Virus record (IMG/VR): IMGVR_UViG_3300047160_000628
Coordinates: 1 to 37,623 of that record
Length of the DNA stretch: 37,623 nucleotides
Strand: one strand, 5' to 3'
Source: a virus
The notes beneath the pieces were generated by a model. That model was given only the letters and a program-made list of their open reading frames with translations. It did no database searches and had not been told where the DNA came from. Below, piece by piece: positions 23,704 to 31,660 of the stretch. How positions within the stretch are numbered: the stretch's first letter is position 1; each line of letters starts with the position of its first letter. The position numbers were made by a program, and so were the translations under genes.

Positions 23704-24960
23704 CTAGCGCGTAGTGGGGAGCACCTCGCGTGCCCGCGCGATGACGAGGCGCGCTTCACGCAGTGCTGACAGCAGGACATCGCGCCCGGTCCCGTAACCG
23801 GACTGGTCGGAAGCAGTCAGCCGCCTACCAGTCAAGCCGCTATCCGGGTCGATGTCATCGAGTCCGACCAGTGCCGCCTTGACGGCACCCAGCCCTACCT
23901 CGCGAAGTGGGATGTCAGCGGCCAGTATCGCCTTCAGCGACGGCATGACCGCGAGGGTATTCTGGGGTGACGTGCTGATGGTCTGCCTGATCCACGGCCA
24001 CGTCAGGATCTCCCCCGTGGCCTTGTTCACGCGCCAGCCCGGCGCAGACTCGGACGACCCGTACAGGTGCGCGCCCCTGCGCTCCAGATCGGCCACCAGA
24101 CGCAGCCTGCGCTCGCCCGCATTGGCCCACAGGTCCACCCACAGACCATCCATCTCAGGCGACTCGTCCGCTACGGCCTTCCCGAGAATGGCGTCGCCCA
24201 TGTAGCCCGTGGGGTCCATCCGGTGGTGGAAGTCCACCAGCCGGTCCCGCGTGGCCAGCAGCGCCTTGTGCCCTGCGTACAGGTCGGTGCGCTCGCTGAA
24301 CCACTCGCCATCGATGTCCACCCCGCGCGGGGCACCGGCCTGTGGGATCGTCCCGCCGTAGGGGATCGCCAGCATCCTGCGCGGGATCTCGCCCTTCAGC
24401 CACCGATCCAACTGCCCGGTGGTCATCGGCTCGGCCTTGAGTTCTGCGAACTCGCGGGCCTTCATCGAGTAGGACGGGGCCATGGCATCGTCACCCGCCA
24501 GATCGTCCGCAGTCCCGATCTCCTGCTGCTCGAGTTGCAGCCACTGCGCCAGACTGGCGATGCTGGACTTGATGGCGGCAGCCTGCGTGGACTCGTCCGC
24601 CTCACAGGACAGCAGGTCGTACAACTCCGCCATGATCCGGGCGCCACAGGCTGCATTGCTGGCAGCCTCGCTGTACGCCTTCTGCTTGGTCCCGGCATCC
24701 TCGGCGGGCTGCCCGATCCCGAACTTGCGGGCGGCAGCCTCGACCTTCGGGCGCGCCTTTGCCTCGAAGGGTGACGTGGTCAGACGCGCCAGCGCATTGC
24801 GCACGTGGGCTGCGTCATGGATCGGAAAGTGCCGCTTCGACCGGGGCACGGTCTTGCCCTGATCGTCCTTCGTCCCGCCCGGCTCGATGTAGGCGAAGTC
24901 CGAGTCTGGCAGATCGTTGATGTCCGCGCTGGACATCGCTGCCTTGCCGCTAGCCATCAC
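23704..24960 (-). CDS. Prohead maturation protease / scaffold fusion
   Basis: It lies between the portal and capsid genes. The N-terminal motif DLPDSDFAYIEPGG...RHFPIHDAAHVRNALARL is common in phage scaffold/protease proteins. The C-terminal half has HK97-protease-like His and Ser regions (VDFHH..., LYGSSES). Confidence 0.55.
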   Translation of the reverse strand: MMASGKAAMSSADINDLPDSDFAYIEPGGTKDDQGKTVPRSKRHFPIHDAAHVRNALARLTTSPFEAKARPKVEAAARKFGIGQPAEDAGTKQKAYSEAASNAACGARIMAELYDLLSCEADESTQAAAIKSSIASLAQWLQLEQQEIGTADDLAGDDAMAPSYSMKAREFAELKAEPMTTGQLDRWLKGEIPRRMLAIPYGGTIPQAGAPRGVDIDGEWFSERTDLYAGHKALLATRDRLVDFHHRMDPTGYMGDAILGKAVADESPEMDGLWVDLWANAGERRLRLVADLERRGAHLYGSSESAPGWRVNKATGEILTWPWIRQTISTSPQNTLAVMPSLKAILAADIPLREVGLGAVKAALVGLDDIDPDSGLTGRRLTASDQSGYGTGRDVLLSALREARLVIARAREVLPTTR

Positions 24961-27641
24961 TCGCCCTCGCCTTCCGTACTGCCCTCGTCCATGGTCTCGA
25001 TGACCGGCACCCAGTCCAGCGTGCCATTCGGGTGGTCCTCGATATCAGCCGCTTCCTCGACGCTGTAGGTCTGGCCATCGCGCTCAGCGCACACATCGTC
25101 ATCGTCCCCGTCGATGGCCTCGACCTGCGTCACGCCCATGTCCCCGTACGTACTGACAGCAGCGGCGTTGTACGCAAACATCAACTCTGTGGTGGCGATC
25201 CGCTCGGCGCGGTACTCGTCCCAGCCGAACCACGACTGGATCATGTCGCCCAGCGTGGCCGGTGACGCGCCCTCCTCGAGCCCGTCATCGATGATTTCCT
25301 TCAGCCCGTCGCGGGTGGTCTCGTTGATCTTCGTGACCCGGCCAGCACCCTTGGCCAGCACGTACGTGACGGCAGCCGGTTGGGGCGGTCCGCCCACTGG
25401 CACAAATGCCGCCTTGCCTGTCGGCATCACGGTCCTGATGTGATCATCCACCGTGACCGCGACATTCGTGAGGGTGGGTGACAGGGCGGCTGTCATCGCC
25501 TGATCGTGCGCCTTGGCATTCCACCAGATCGTGGTGTCACCCGGCGTCCGCCTGATGGCGTCGTACTTCGTCAGAACCCGCGACACCACGTCCCGCTTCA
25601 TTTGCTCCAGCGCGCCTGCCACGGACGCGCGCAGCACTGGCGTCTGCGCCTTCTGCACCCGCTCGCGCAGCCCCTGCATCCGGGACCGGACCGTGGCTGC
25701 CTTGCCACGCGATCCGGCATCCTGTGGGGCGGGCAGGGTGTCATCAATCGCGATCAGGTCCCGCGTCCACTGATCGTCACCCTTCCCGATATAGGCCGGG
25801 ACGTGGGTCAGCCCTGCGTGCTCGGCGCCCAGCAGCCGGTGCCACCCATCGATGGGTTCCGTGGGCTTGGCATCCGCCCCGCTGCCGCCGATCCGCTTCG
25901 TCTTGACCAGTACCACGGGATCGATGGGCGCGCCCACGCCCAGCGCAGCCGCGACAGCCTGCACAGTCTTCGGATTGCGGGCGATGGGGCGCCGGGCGTA
26001 GTCGATCTTGTCCAGCGGGTACGCGGGATCGTACTTCCAGTCCCCCTTGGAGATCTGGGACAGGCTGTCGGCAGACCACTGCTTGCGCAGGGCGCCCAGA
26101 ACCGCCTGTGTCACGTCGCCCTTGGCCTTGGTGGCCTGCACGCCAGCCGGTGGCTGAACTGCCGCTGTTGCGGCTGTTGCGGGCGCAGGCGCGGGCGTGG
26201 CCGGGGCTGCCGGTCGTGGACCTGCGCCCGGCGCAGGCGAGCCCCCACCTGACGGGATCGGTGGGGATGCGCCGGGCATCAGGTCCTCAATGGGAATCAG
26301 GGTATTCGGCATCAGGATGCGCTTGCCGACCGTCTCGTCATCCAGCGGGTCCTTGCCGATCAGGTCCCGGCGCTCGTCATTCGTGAGCGCGATCCACTGC
26401 GCCTTGGCCAGTTTGTCGAAGCGTGCGCTGTCATCATTCAGCGCCGGGATGTCCAGCACCAACTGCGGCGCCCAGCCCAGCAGCGCCTCGAAGCGGTCGA
26501 GGATGCGTCCCTGCACGGACTCCTGAATCTCGGCCAGTCGCGGGATGATCGCATTCTCCCACATCGCCTGCCGGTCGTACTTGCGCACGTCCCCGGAGTT
26601 CAGCCCGGTGGGCGTATAGCCGCCCAACTGCGACAGGGGCACGCCCCAGACCGCCAGCAGGTCGGCCTCGTTCTGCTTGAGGAAGTCCACCAGCGCCATC
26701 TCGACCGTCGTAGCGGTCGTGCGGGTGAACTCGATGGGTCCCCGGACCACCTGCACCCGCTTGCCGGACTCGGGCTGCTCCGTGATGTTGCGCCAGTCCC
26801 GGACCATCTGCTGGTACACGCCATCGTCCTCGATGGCGCCCGTCTTCGGGGACAGGATGCCGGACAGGCGCCCACCCCCGGACAGCAGGCTGGCGAAGTA
26901 CTTGTCAATGGTCCCCGACAACTGGACCTTCATGATTGCGGACTCGATCAGCCCGGCTGGCATGTAGCCCACGTCTGGCGGCTGGAACTGGAACTGCACC
27001 ACCTCGTTGGGGTCCAGCTCGCGCCCTTCGGCCCTGCCACCGGGGCCGGGACGCGGGTCCAGTATCCACTTCGTCAGCACACCCTGATCATTCGTGTCCG
27101 GGACGATCCGGTCAGGACGGCAGTAGATGACGCTACGCGGAATGCCCAGCGGGTCCATACCATCCAGAATCCAGAAGCCGTATCCGGCCAGCCCCATGTG
27201 CCGGGACGTGATCTCCCAGAGTTGGCGCCGGGTCCGCAGCGGGCTGGGCACGTCGAGGTACTTGAATGGCTGGTCCACCAGCGTGTACGCCTCGATGGCG
27301 CGCGGATCGCCCGTGTACTCGTCATCGATGGTCTCGCCATCGGGGTCTTCCAGATGCCACGATGCGGACTGGTCCCCCATCAGCGGCGTTCCGGCCACCG
27401 CCCCGCTGATCGCGCGCTCGGCCATGCGCACATACGGCACGTCCACGCCCAGCGCCAGACTGCGGGCAGCCTTCTTCTGCGTGTCGTTCGGCAGGATCAG
27501 TGGCAGCAGCCACTCGGTCATCAGGACGCCAGCGCCCGGACCGATGGGGCCAGCCTTCACTGCCGCTGCCCCGGCAGTTTCGACACCGGGATGCCGGGCC
27601 ACCGGGGCAGCAGCAGGACGGGTCGGGACCATGACACTCAC
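24957..27641 (-). CDS. Portal protein fused to a ParB-like nuclease/DNA-binding domain and a MuF/SPP1 gp7-like head morphogenesis domain
   Basis: An 894-aa ORF. The N-terminal ~470 aa are portal-like by position and size. A Pro/Ala linker follows, then the ParB-N-like segment PLDKIDYARRP...PIDPVVLV...EPIDGWHRLLGAEHAGLTHVPAYIG. The C-terminal MuF-like segment is RAERIATTELMFAYNAA...DDVCAERDGQTYSVEEA...HPNGTLDWVP. Confidence 0.65.
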   Translation of the reverse strand: MSVMVPTRPAAAPVARHPGVETAGAAAVKAGPIGPGAGVLMTEWLLPLILPNDTQKKAARSLALGVDVPYVRMAERAISGAVAGTPLMGDQSASWHLEDPDGETIDDEYTGDPRAIEAYTLVDQPFKYLDVPSPLRTRRQLWEITSRHMGLAGYGFWILDGMDPLGIPRSVIYCRPDRIVPDTNDQGVLTKWILDPRPGPGGRAEGRELDPNEVVQFQFQPPDVGYMPAGLIESAIMKVQLSGTIDKYFASLLSGGGRLSGILSPKTGAIEDDGVYQQMVRDWRNITEQPESGKRVQVVRGPIEFTRTTATTVEMALVDFLKQNEADLLAVWGVPLSQLGGYTPTGLNSGDVRKYDRQAMWENAIIPRLAEIQESVQGRILDRFEALLGWAPQLVLDIPALNDDSARFDKLAKAQWIALTNDERRDLIGKDPLDDETVGKRILMPNTLIPIEDLMPGASPPIPSGGGSPAPGAGPRPAAPATPAPAPATAATAAVQPPAGVQATKAKGDVTQAVLGALRKQWSADSLSQISKGDWKYDPAYPLDKIDYARRPIARNPKTVQAVAAALGVGAPIDPVVLVKTKRIGGSGADAKPTEPIDGWHRLLGAEHAGLTHVPAYIGKGDDQWTRDLIAIDDTLPAPQDAGSRGKAATVRSRMQGLRERVQKAQTPVLRASVAGALEQMKRDVVSRVLTKYDAIRRTPGDTTIWWNAKAHDQAMTAALSPTLTNVAVTVDDHIRTVMPTGKAAFVPVGGPPQPAAVTYVLAKGAGRVTKINETTRDGLKEIIDDGLEEGASPATLGDMIQSWFGWDEYRAERIATTELMFAYNAAAVSTYGDMGVTQVEAIDGDDDDVCAERDGQTYSVEEAADIEDHPNGTLDWVPVIETMDEGSTEGEGE

Positions 27642-27862
27642 TCTGTCACCTCACCCGACCCCGGACCATCAGCAGACAGGGCTGATGGCACTGGCCCGTC
27701 GCTGGGCTCAATCCCCGCTGGCGATGACCGGCGATCATGCAAGACCGCCAGTGCCACAAGAAACATGGCTGAAACTACCAGCGCGAGGGGCGGGTAGATC
27801 ATAGCAGCACCTGTGACTGCCAGTACATACCCTGCCTCCACGTAGATGCTGGCAGCGCTCAC
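27638..27862 (-). CDS. Small membrane protein (74 aa, 2 predicted TM helices)
   Basis: Track ORF with an ATGA overlap upstream and a GTGA overlap with the portal start. The hydrophobic segments are YVLAVTGAAMIYPPLALVVSAMFLVALAVL. Confidence 0.55.
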   Translation of the reverse strand: MSAASIYVEAGYVLAVTGAAMIYPPLALVVSAMFLVALAVLHDRRSSPAGIEPSDGPVPSALSADGPGSGEVTE

Positions 27863-27993
27863 AGGCGTGCGGCCACCACGGCCAGCCCCACAAGCAGAAC
27901 CCCCAGCCCCGCGATCCGGCTGTCATTCGTGAAGGCCGCGAGGGCACCCACAACACAGCCGATGACCGCGAGCACTAGGGCTATCGACGCCAC
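27859..27993 (-). CDS. Small membrane protein (44 aa, 2 TM helices)
   Basis: GTG at 27993 follows the acidic-ORF stop by one base. The sequence is VASIALVLAVIGCVVGALAAFTNDSRIAGLGVLLVGLAVVAARL. The track version (to 28107) carries an Arg-rich, off-frame-looking N-terminus. Confidence 0.45.
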   Translation of the reverse strand: MASIALVLAVIGCVVGALAAFTNDSRIAGLGVLLVGLAVVAARL

Positions 27994-27994
27994 G

Positions 27995-28138
27995 TCAGGC
28001 TTCGCCCCCCTCGGACTCGGGCTCGTCCGTGTCGAGGCTGGTGTCATCCGCCGCCTCGGTCTCGTCCGGTGCCGCGTCCTCGTCGGCAGCCGGGGTGGTG
28101 GGCTCATCCTCGACTGGCGGGGTCTGCTGCTCGGTCAT
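27995..28138 (-). CDS. Highly acidic 47-aa protein
   Basis: Not in the track. ATG at 28138 forms an ATGA overlap with the TerL stop. The hand translation is MTEQQTPPVEDEPTTPAADEDAAPDETEAADDTSLDTDEPESEGGEA, ending in TGA at 27995. Third codon positions are G or C in 41 of the 47 codons. Confidence 0.6.
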   Translation of the reverse strand: MTEQQTPPVEDEPTTPAADEDAAPDETEAADDTSLDTDEPESEGGEA

Positions 28139-29442
28139 GCGATACCTCCTGCACTGACCAGCGACGCCCACGGATTGTCCGGGTCAGGCTCCAATGCCAT
28201 GACCGCGTATCGCAGCGCGTCGCATGCGTCATCATTCACCTCGACCGGGCGCTCGAAGAAGCCGCCAGCACGGTTGGGTGCCCACGTGTAGCCCGGCAAC
28301 TCACCAAGCAGACCCTGACAGGTCGGGTCCACGATCAGCCCCAGACGAATCTGCTTGTCCACAGCCTGTATGCCGGTCAGTACGTCATTCCGGGCGGGCT
28401 CCACGCGCGTGCGCAGGCGACAGCCGCTGTGGCCCTGCCGGTGTGTGATCAGGTGCCGCGCCAACTCTGCCATCAGCCCCGGCTCGGACGGGTCACAGAA
28501 GACAGCCGACACGTCCCGGCGCTCGAAGATCTCGGCCAGTCGCGGGGCGATCTGATCCACGCCCAGACCCTTGGCGTAGACCTCCTCAACGACCGCCTCG
28601 CGCCCTGACCCGGACTGGCCCACGACCTCGCAGGCGAAGGCATGGACGAAGCCCCAGTCCAGCCCTGCGATGGTGCGCTTCGGGACTGCGCTGGGCGCCC
28701 GGACCTGATCGTCCGGCAGCGTCCAGATCATGCCCTCGGCCCCAGCCCATTCTCCCTTGCCCAGCCGTCGCCCGGCTGCCGTGTCCGGCAGCGATCCCAG
28801 CATCTCGACGTACTCGCGTGACAGGAAGCGGTTCGACTTGGCGTACAGCATCCTGCCGTGCGTCGCCATCCGGTCACGAAGCCAGTGCTTGGGCGGTCCG
28901 GGGTTCGTCGCAGCCGCGATCTGGTGCCACGGCATGCGTGGATCACGCAGGCGCCCCAGCAGCATGATCCAGTCCTCGGGCGTCAGCTCCACGGCCTCGT
29001 CTACCCCGATCCATGCCGCGTCCAGCGATCCCACCTTCGACGGGACGCCCGTCAGCGGGTCCGGGTCCAGCCCGAGGAAGTAGATGCGGGCACCATTCGT
29101 CAGTTCGAGCCAGTTCTCGGATCGGTTCTGGCGGGCGAGGTAGCGCAGGTCCACCACGTCACGCCAGAAGGTCCGGGCGGTCGTGGCCGGGATCGATGCA
29201 GCCACCTTGCGGAAGAGCGCGAAGGTGGCACCCGGATACTGGCGCGCCAGCCACCACGCCTTCTCGCACAGGACCCGCGACTTGCCCGCGCCCATCCACC
29301 CGGACAGGACAATCTCGCGGTCATGCGACATGTAGAAGTCACGATGCGTAGGGGACGCGAAGGCCGCTGGCCCCATCTGGTCCAGCAGGGCGCGCAGGAC
29401 GGGCAGCGTCAGCCCGCTGATGCTGTCAGCCGTCAGCACCAT
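28135..29442 (-). CDS. terL: Terminase large subunit
   Basis: The Walker A-like motif is VLSGWMGAGKSRV. The call also rests on size and on its position after TerS. The likely start is the ATG at 29442 (MVLTADSISG); the track ORF extends to 29523. Confidence 0.75.
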   Translation of the reverse strand: MVLTADSISGLTLPVLRALLDQMGPAAFASPTHRDFYMSHDREIVLSGWMGAGKSRVLCEKAWWLARQYPGATFALFRKVAASIPATTARTFWRDVVDLRYLARQNRSENWLELTNGARIYFLGLDPDPLTGVPSKVGSLDAAWIGVDEAVELTPEDWIMLLGRLRDPRMPWHQIAAATNPGPPKHWLRDRMATHGRMLYAKSNRFLSREYVEMLGSLPDTAAGRRLGKGEWAGAEGMIWTLPDDQVRAPSAVPKRTIAGLDWGFVHAFACEVVGQSGSGREAVVEEVYAKGLGVDQIAPRLAEIFERRDVSAVFCDPSEPGLMAELARHLITHRQGHSGCRLRTRVEPARNDVLTGIQAVDKQIRLGLIVDPTCQGLLGELPGYTWAPNRAGGFFERPVEVNDDACDALRYAVMALEPDPDNPWASLVSAGGIA

Positions 29443-29992
29443 CCGGGACCGTCTCAGTGGCAGCCTCGGCCTGTGCGATGGCGTCACGCAGCACCTGCGC
29501 CAGCACCTCGCGCTCGTGGTCATCGATATCCGGCAGCACGTCCGTGGTCCCGGTCACGATGTTGGCCTCGCCCGACTCCAGCCGCATCTTGTCGATCAGG
29601 ACGCCCACGCTGATGGCGTAGTCCTTGACCGCCTGCGCCGGGGCGATGGGGTGAATGACCTCGCGCCCGTCCTTGCCCACGAAGTCGATGTGCGGGGCGT
29701 CCATGCGGTCCAGCAGATCGTGCACCCGTTCGACCATGCGCTCGCGCAGCGCCAGCCGCTGCTCGCGTGCGCGCTCGATCCGGCGCTCGGTCATCAGCCC
29801 GGTCTGCGCGTAGCGCTCGTCCCGGCTGGTGGACAGCACCCCGTGCTGCTTGGCCCACATGGCGATGGTGGGCTTGGGAATCTGCGTCCGCCGTGACGCC
29901 TCGGACAGCCCGACCTCGACGTATGCCGCCAGCGCGGCCTTGACCACTTCCTCTGGCCACTTCCACGCGAACTGACCGTGCCCGTTATCCAT
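29426..29992 (-). CDS. terS: Terminase small subunit (HTH-containing)
   Basis: Track ORF 29426..30190. The likely start is the ATG at 29992 (MDNGHGQFAWKW). The N-terminal HTH-like segment is GLSEASRRTQIPKPTIAMWAKQHG. It lies immediately upstream of TerL. Confidence 0.55.
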   Translation of the reverse strand: MDNGHGQFAWKWPEEVVKAALAAYVEVGLSEASRRTQIPKPTIAMWAKQHGVLSTSRDERYAQTGLMTERRIERAREQRLALRERMVERVHDLLDRMDAPHIDFVGKDGREVIHPIAPAQAVKDYAISVGVLIDKMRLESGEANIVTGTTDVLPDIDDHEREVLAQVLRDAIAQAEAATETVPDGADG

Positions 29993-30209
29993 TGGGCTTC
30001 GCGTCCTGTCGCGCCTGTGCAGCCTGCCCGGCTGCGATCTGCGAAGCATCGGACCCGGCCACCAGCAGGACCACGGCCCCGATGGCAGCCGTGACCAGCC
30101 CAGTGACCACGGGGTCCACCCTGAGCACTGCCACGGCCACGCCCCAGCACGCAGTGAGGGCACCGATCCACAGGTTCGGACTGCGCCCAAGGATCAGACC
30201 TGACGGCAC
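29985..30209 (-). CDS. Putative holin (74 aa, 2 TM helices, polar C-terminus)
   Basis: GTG at 30209 has AGGAGA 6 nt upstream. The sequence is VPSGLILGRSPNLWIGALTACWGVAVAVLRVDPVVTGLVTAAIGAVVLLVAGSDASQIAAGQAAQARQDAKPNG. The track ORF (to 30320) has an implausible Arg-rich extension. Confidence 0.5.
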   Translation of the reverse strand: MPSGLILGRSPNLWIGALTACWGVAVAVLRVDPVVTGLVTAAIGAVVLLVAGSDASQIAAGQAAQARQDAKPNG

Positions 30210-30362
30210 GTGGCGTCTCCTGATGGCAGGGGGATCTCGACGGGAACGATAGCGGGCGCCTGCAAGGGGTAGCGCCCCGATGCCCGGTCTCACGCGCCAG
30301 ACACCGGGGCGCGGGAACAATGCGAGGCGGGGAGGGGGTACCCGCCCGGCGCAAATGCTACA

Positions 30363-31178
30363 TCAGGCGCCCACGTTCATGTCAGCCGTTCGGACCGTAG
30401 CCGCAGACCGCTCGACATACACGCCATAGTCGCCATCGGCCACTTGGTAGAAGCCGGTCTGGTCGCCCATGGTGGCACCCAGCATGCCCAGCGTCACGTC
30501 CGCAGTCAGCGTCGTGTACTTCGGGCCATTGGGCGCATCATACAGGGTCGTGCCTGCCTTCAGGTCCACCACCCGGTGCACAGTCATCGGTACCAGATTC
30601 GTCATCCCGTCACCTGCCCCTGCTGCTGGCGGCTGCACAGGCAGCCCGAGGAATGCGCGCAGATCGTCAGCCGTCCCGTTGAAGCGATCTCGGTCCAGAC
30701 CGATGCCCCGGTACTGCCAGAAGTCCCAGCGGATCGGTGGCGGGGTGGTGCCGTAGTACGCGATCCAGCGCCAGTCCGCCCCGTACGAGTCGGGCGGGTA
30801 CGGACGCGGGCTGCGCAGCGACTGGTACAGCCCGATGCGCTGCTCGGTCTGGCGTCGCCATGACGCGATGAAGGTGCGAACCTGATTCGCTGACGGCAGC
30901 GAGCCGGACCCGCTGTGCTCATAGTCCACGGCCCAGCCGTCCGCGCCAGCAGCGACATTCAGGAAGGTGGCGATCTGGCCAGCGATGCTGACCTCCGCGC
31001 GCAGGAAGTGGTACGCCAGCAGGGGCAGGCCCTGCGCCCGCACCTGCGCACTGTGCTGCGCCCAGCGCGGATCGATCCCGCCACCCTCGCTGGCCTTCAC
31101 AATCACGAAGTCCAGCCCGGTCAGGTCCGGGTCATGCTCCTGCGCATACGAGACATCGATGCCCTCGGCCAGCGCCAT
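30363..31178 (-). CDS. Endolysin: GH25 muramidase with a C-terminal putative wall-binding domain
   Basis: The N-terminus GIDVSYAQ...LDFVIVKASEGG...PLLAYHFL matches the GH25 lysozyme pattern. The C-terminal ~90 aa look beta-rich and SH3-like. Confidence 0.75.
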   Translation of the reverse strand: MALAEGIDVSYAQEHDPDLTGLDFVIVKASEGGGIDPRWAQHSAQVRAQGLPLLAYHFLRAEVSIAGQIATFLNVAAGADGWAVDYEHSGSGSLPSANQVRTFIASWRRQTEQRIGLYQSLRSPRPYPPDSYGADWRWIAYYGTTPPPIRWDFWQYRGIGLDRDRFNGTADDLRAFLGLPVQPPAAGAGDGMTNLVPMTVHRVVDLKAGTTLYDAPNGPKYTTLTADVTLGMLGATMGDQTGFYQVADGDYGVYVERSAATVRTADMNVGA

Positions 31179-31217
31179 GCGGGCAGCGTACAGGGCGTGT
31201 CCAGCCCCGGACAGGCG

Positions 31218-31249
31218 CAGGCGCCCGGTGGGGGGGTACCGGGCGCCTG
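31218..31249 (-). terminator. Perfect 12-bp hairpin between the replication/early block and the endolysin gene
   Basis: caggcgcccggt (31218..31229) pairs with accgggcgcctg (31238..31249) around an 8-nt G-rich loop. No U-tract follows. Confidence 0.45.
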
Positions 31250-31259
31250 CATGAAGTGG

Positions 31260-31556
31260 TCAGATCATACGCCCGATCCACGTGTCCAGATCGGGTCCGC
31301 GCCATGGCCCGCCGTCCAGCGGCGCCAGCGGGATGGGCGCAGGATCGATCCCACGCCCCACCAGCGCCCAGTACGTCCGGTTCAGCAGCCCGGCCACAGC
31401 AGCGGGCACCGGGTGGCCGTACGCCCGCCCCAGACGATCCGTGCGGGCAGTTGTCTCAGTGCCCCCAGCGATCCCACCCCACGCCCGGCTGACCCGCCGC
31501 ATCAGCAGCAGCGGCTCAGGCGCGGGCCACGCCCCGGTGCAGTAGCGCCACGTCAC
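31260..31556 (-). CDS. Hypothetical protein (98 aa)
   Basis: This is the GC3-rich part of track ORF 31260..31685. GTG at 31556 gives a GTGA overlap with the 31-aa ORF stop. The upstream part of the track ORF has T-rich third positions. Confidence 0.5.
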   Translation of the reverse strand: MTWRYCTGAWPAPEPLLLMRRVSRAWGGIAGGTETTARTDRLGRAYGHPVPAAVAGLLNRTYWALVGRGIDPAPIPLAPLDGGPWRGPDLDTWIGRMI

Positions 31557-31648
31557 AGGGGCAGGCGCAGGACCGGGACCATCGACGCCAGCGCCAGCAT
31601 TGCCTCCACCACGATGAAGCAACACAGCGCCCACAGGATCAGTCGCAT
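31553..31648 (-). CDS. 31-aa hydrophobic single-TM peptide
   Basis: Not in the track. GGAGG lies 5 nt upstream of the ATG at 31648. The hand translation is MRLILWALCCFIVVEAMLALASMVPVLRLPL, ending in TGA at 31553. GC3 is much higher than in the overlapping track frame. Confidence 0.55.
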   Translation of the reverse strand: MRLILWALCCFIVVEAMLALASMVPVLRLPL

Positions 31649-31660
31649 CCGTACCTCCGA

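Noticed and set aside
27994-28107. The Arg-rich N-terminal extension of track ORF 27859..28107 (MSPPPRLPTRTRHRTRPRRR...).
   Set aside because: The overlapping frame has far higher GC3, an ATGA junction to the TerL stop and a clean stop at 27995. Only the hydrophobic C-terminal 44 codons, from GTG at 27993, were kept.
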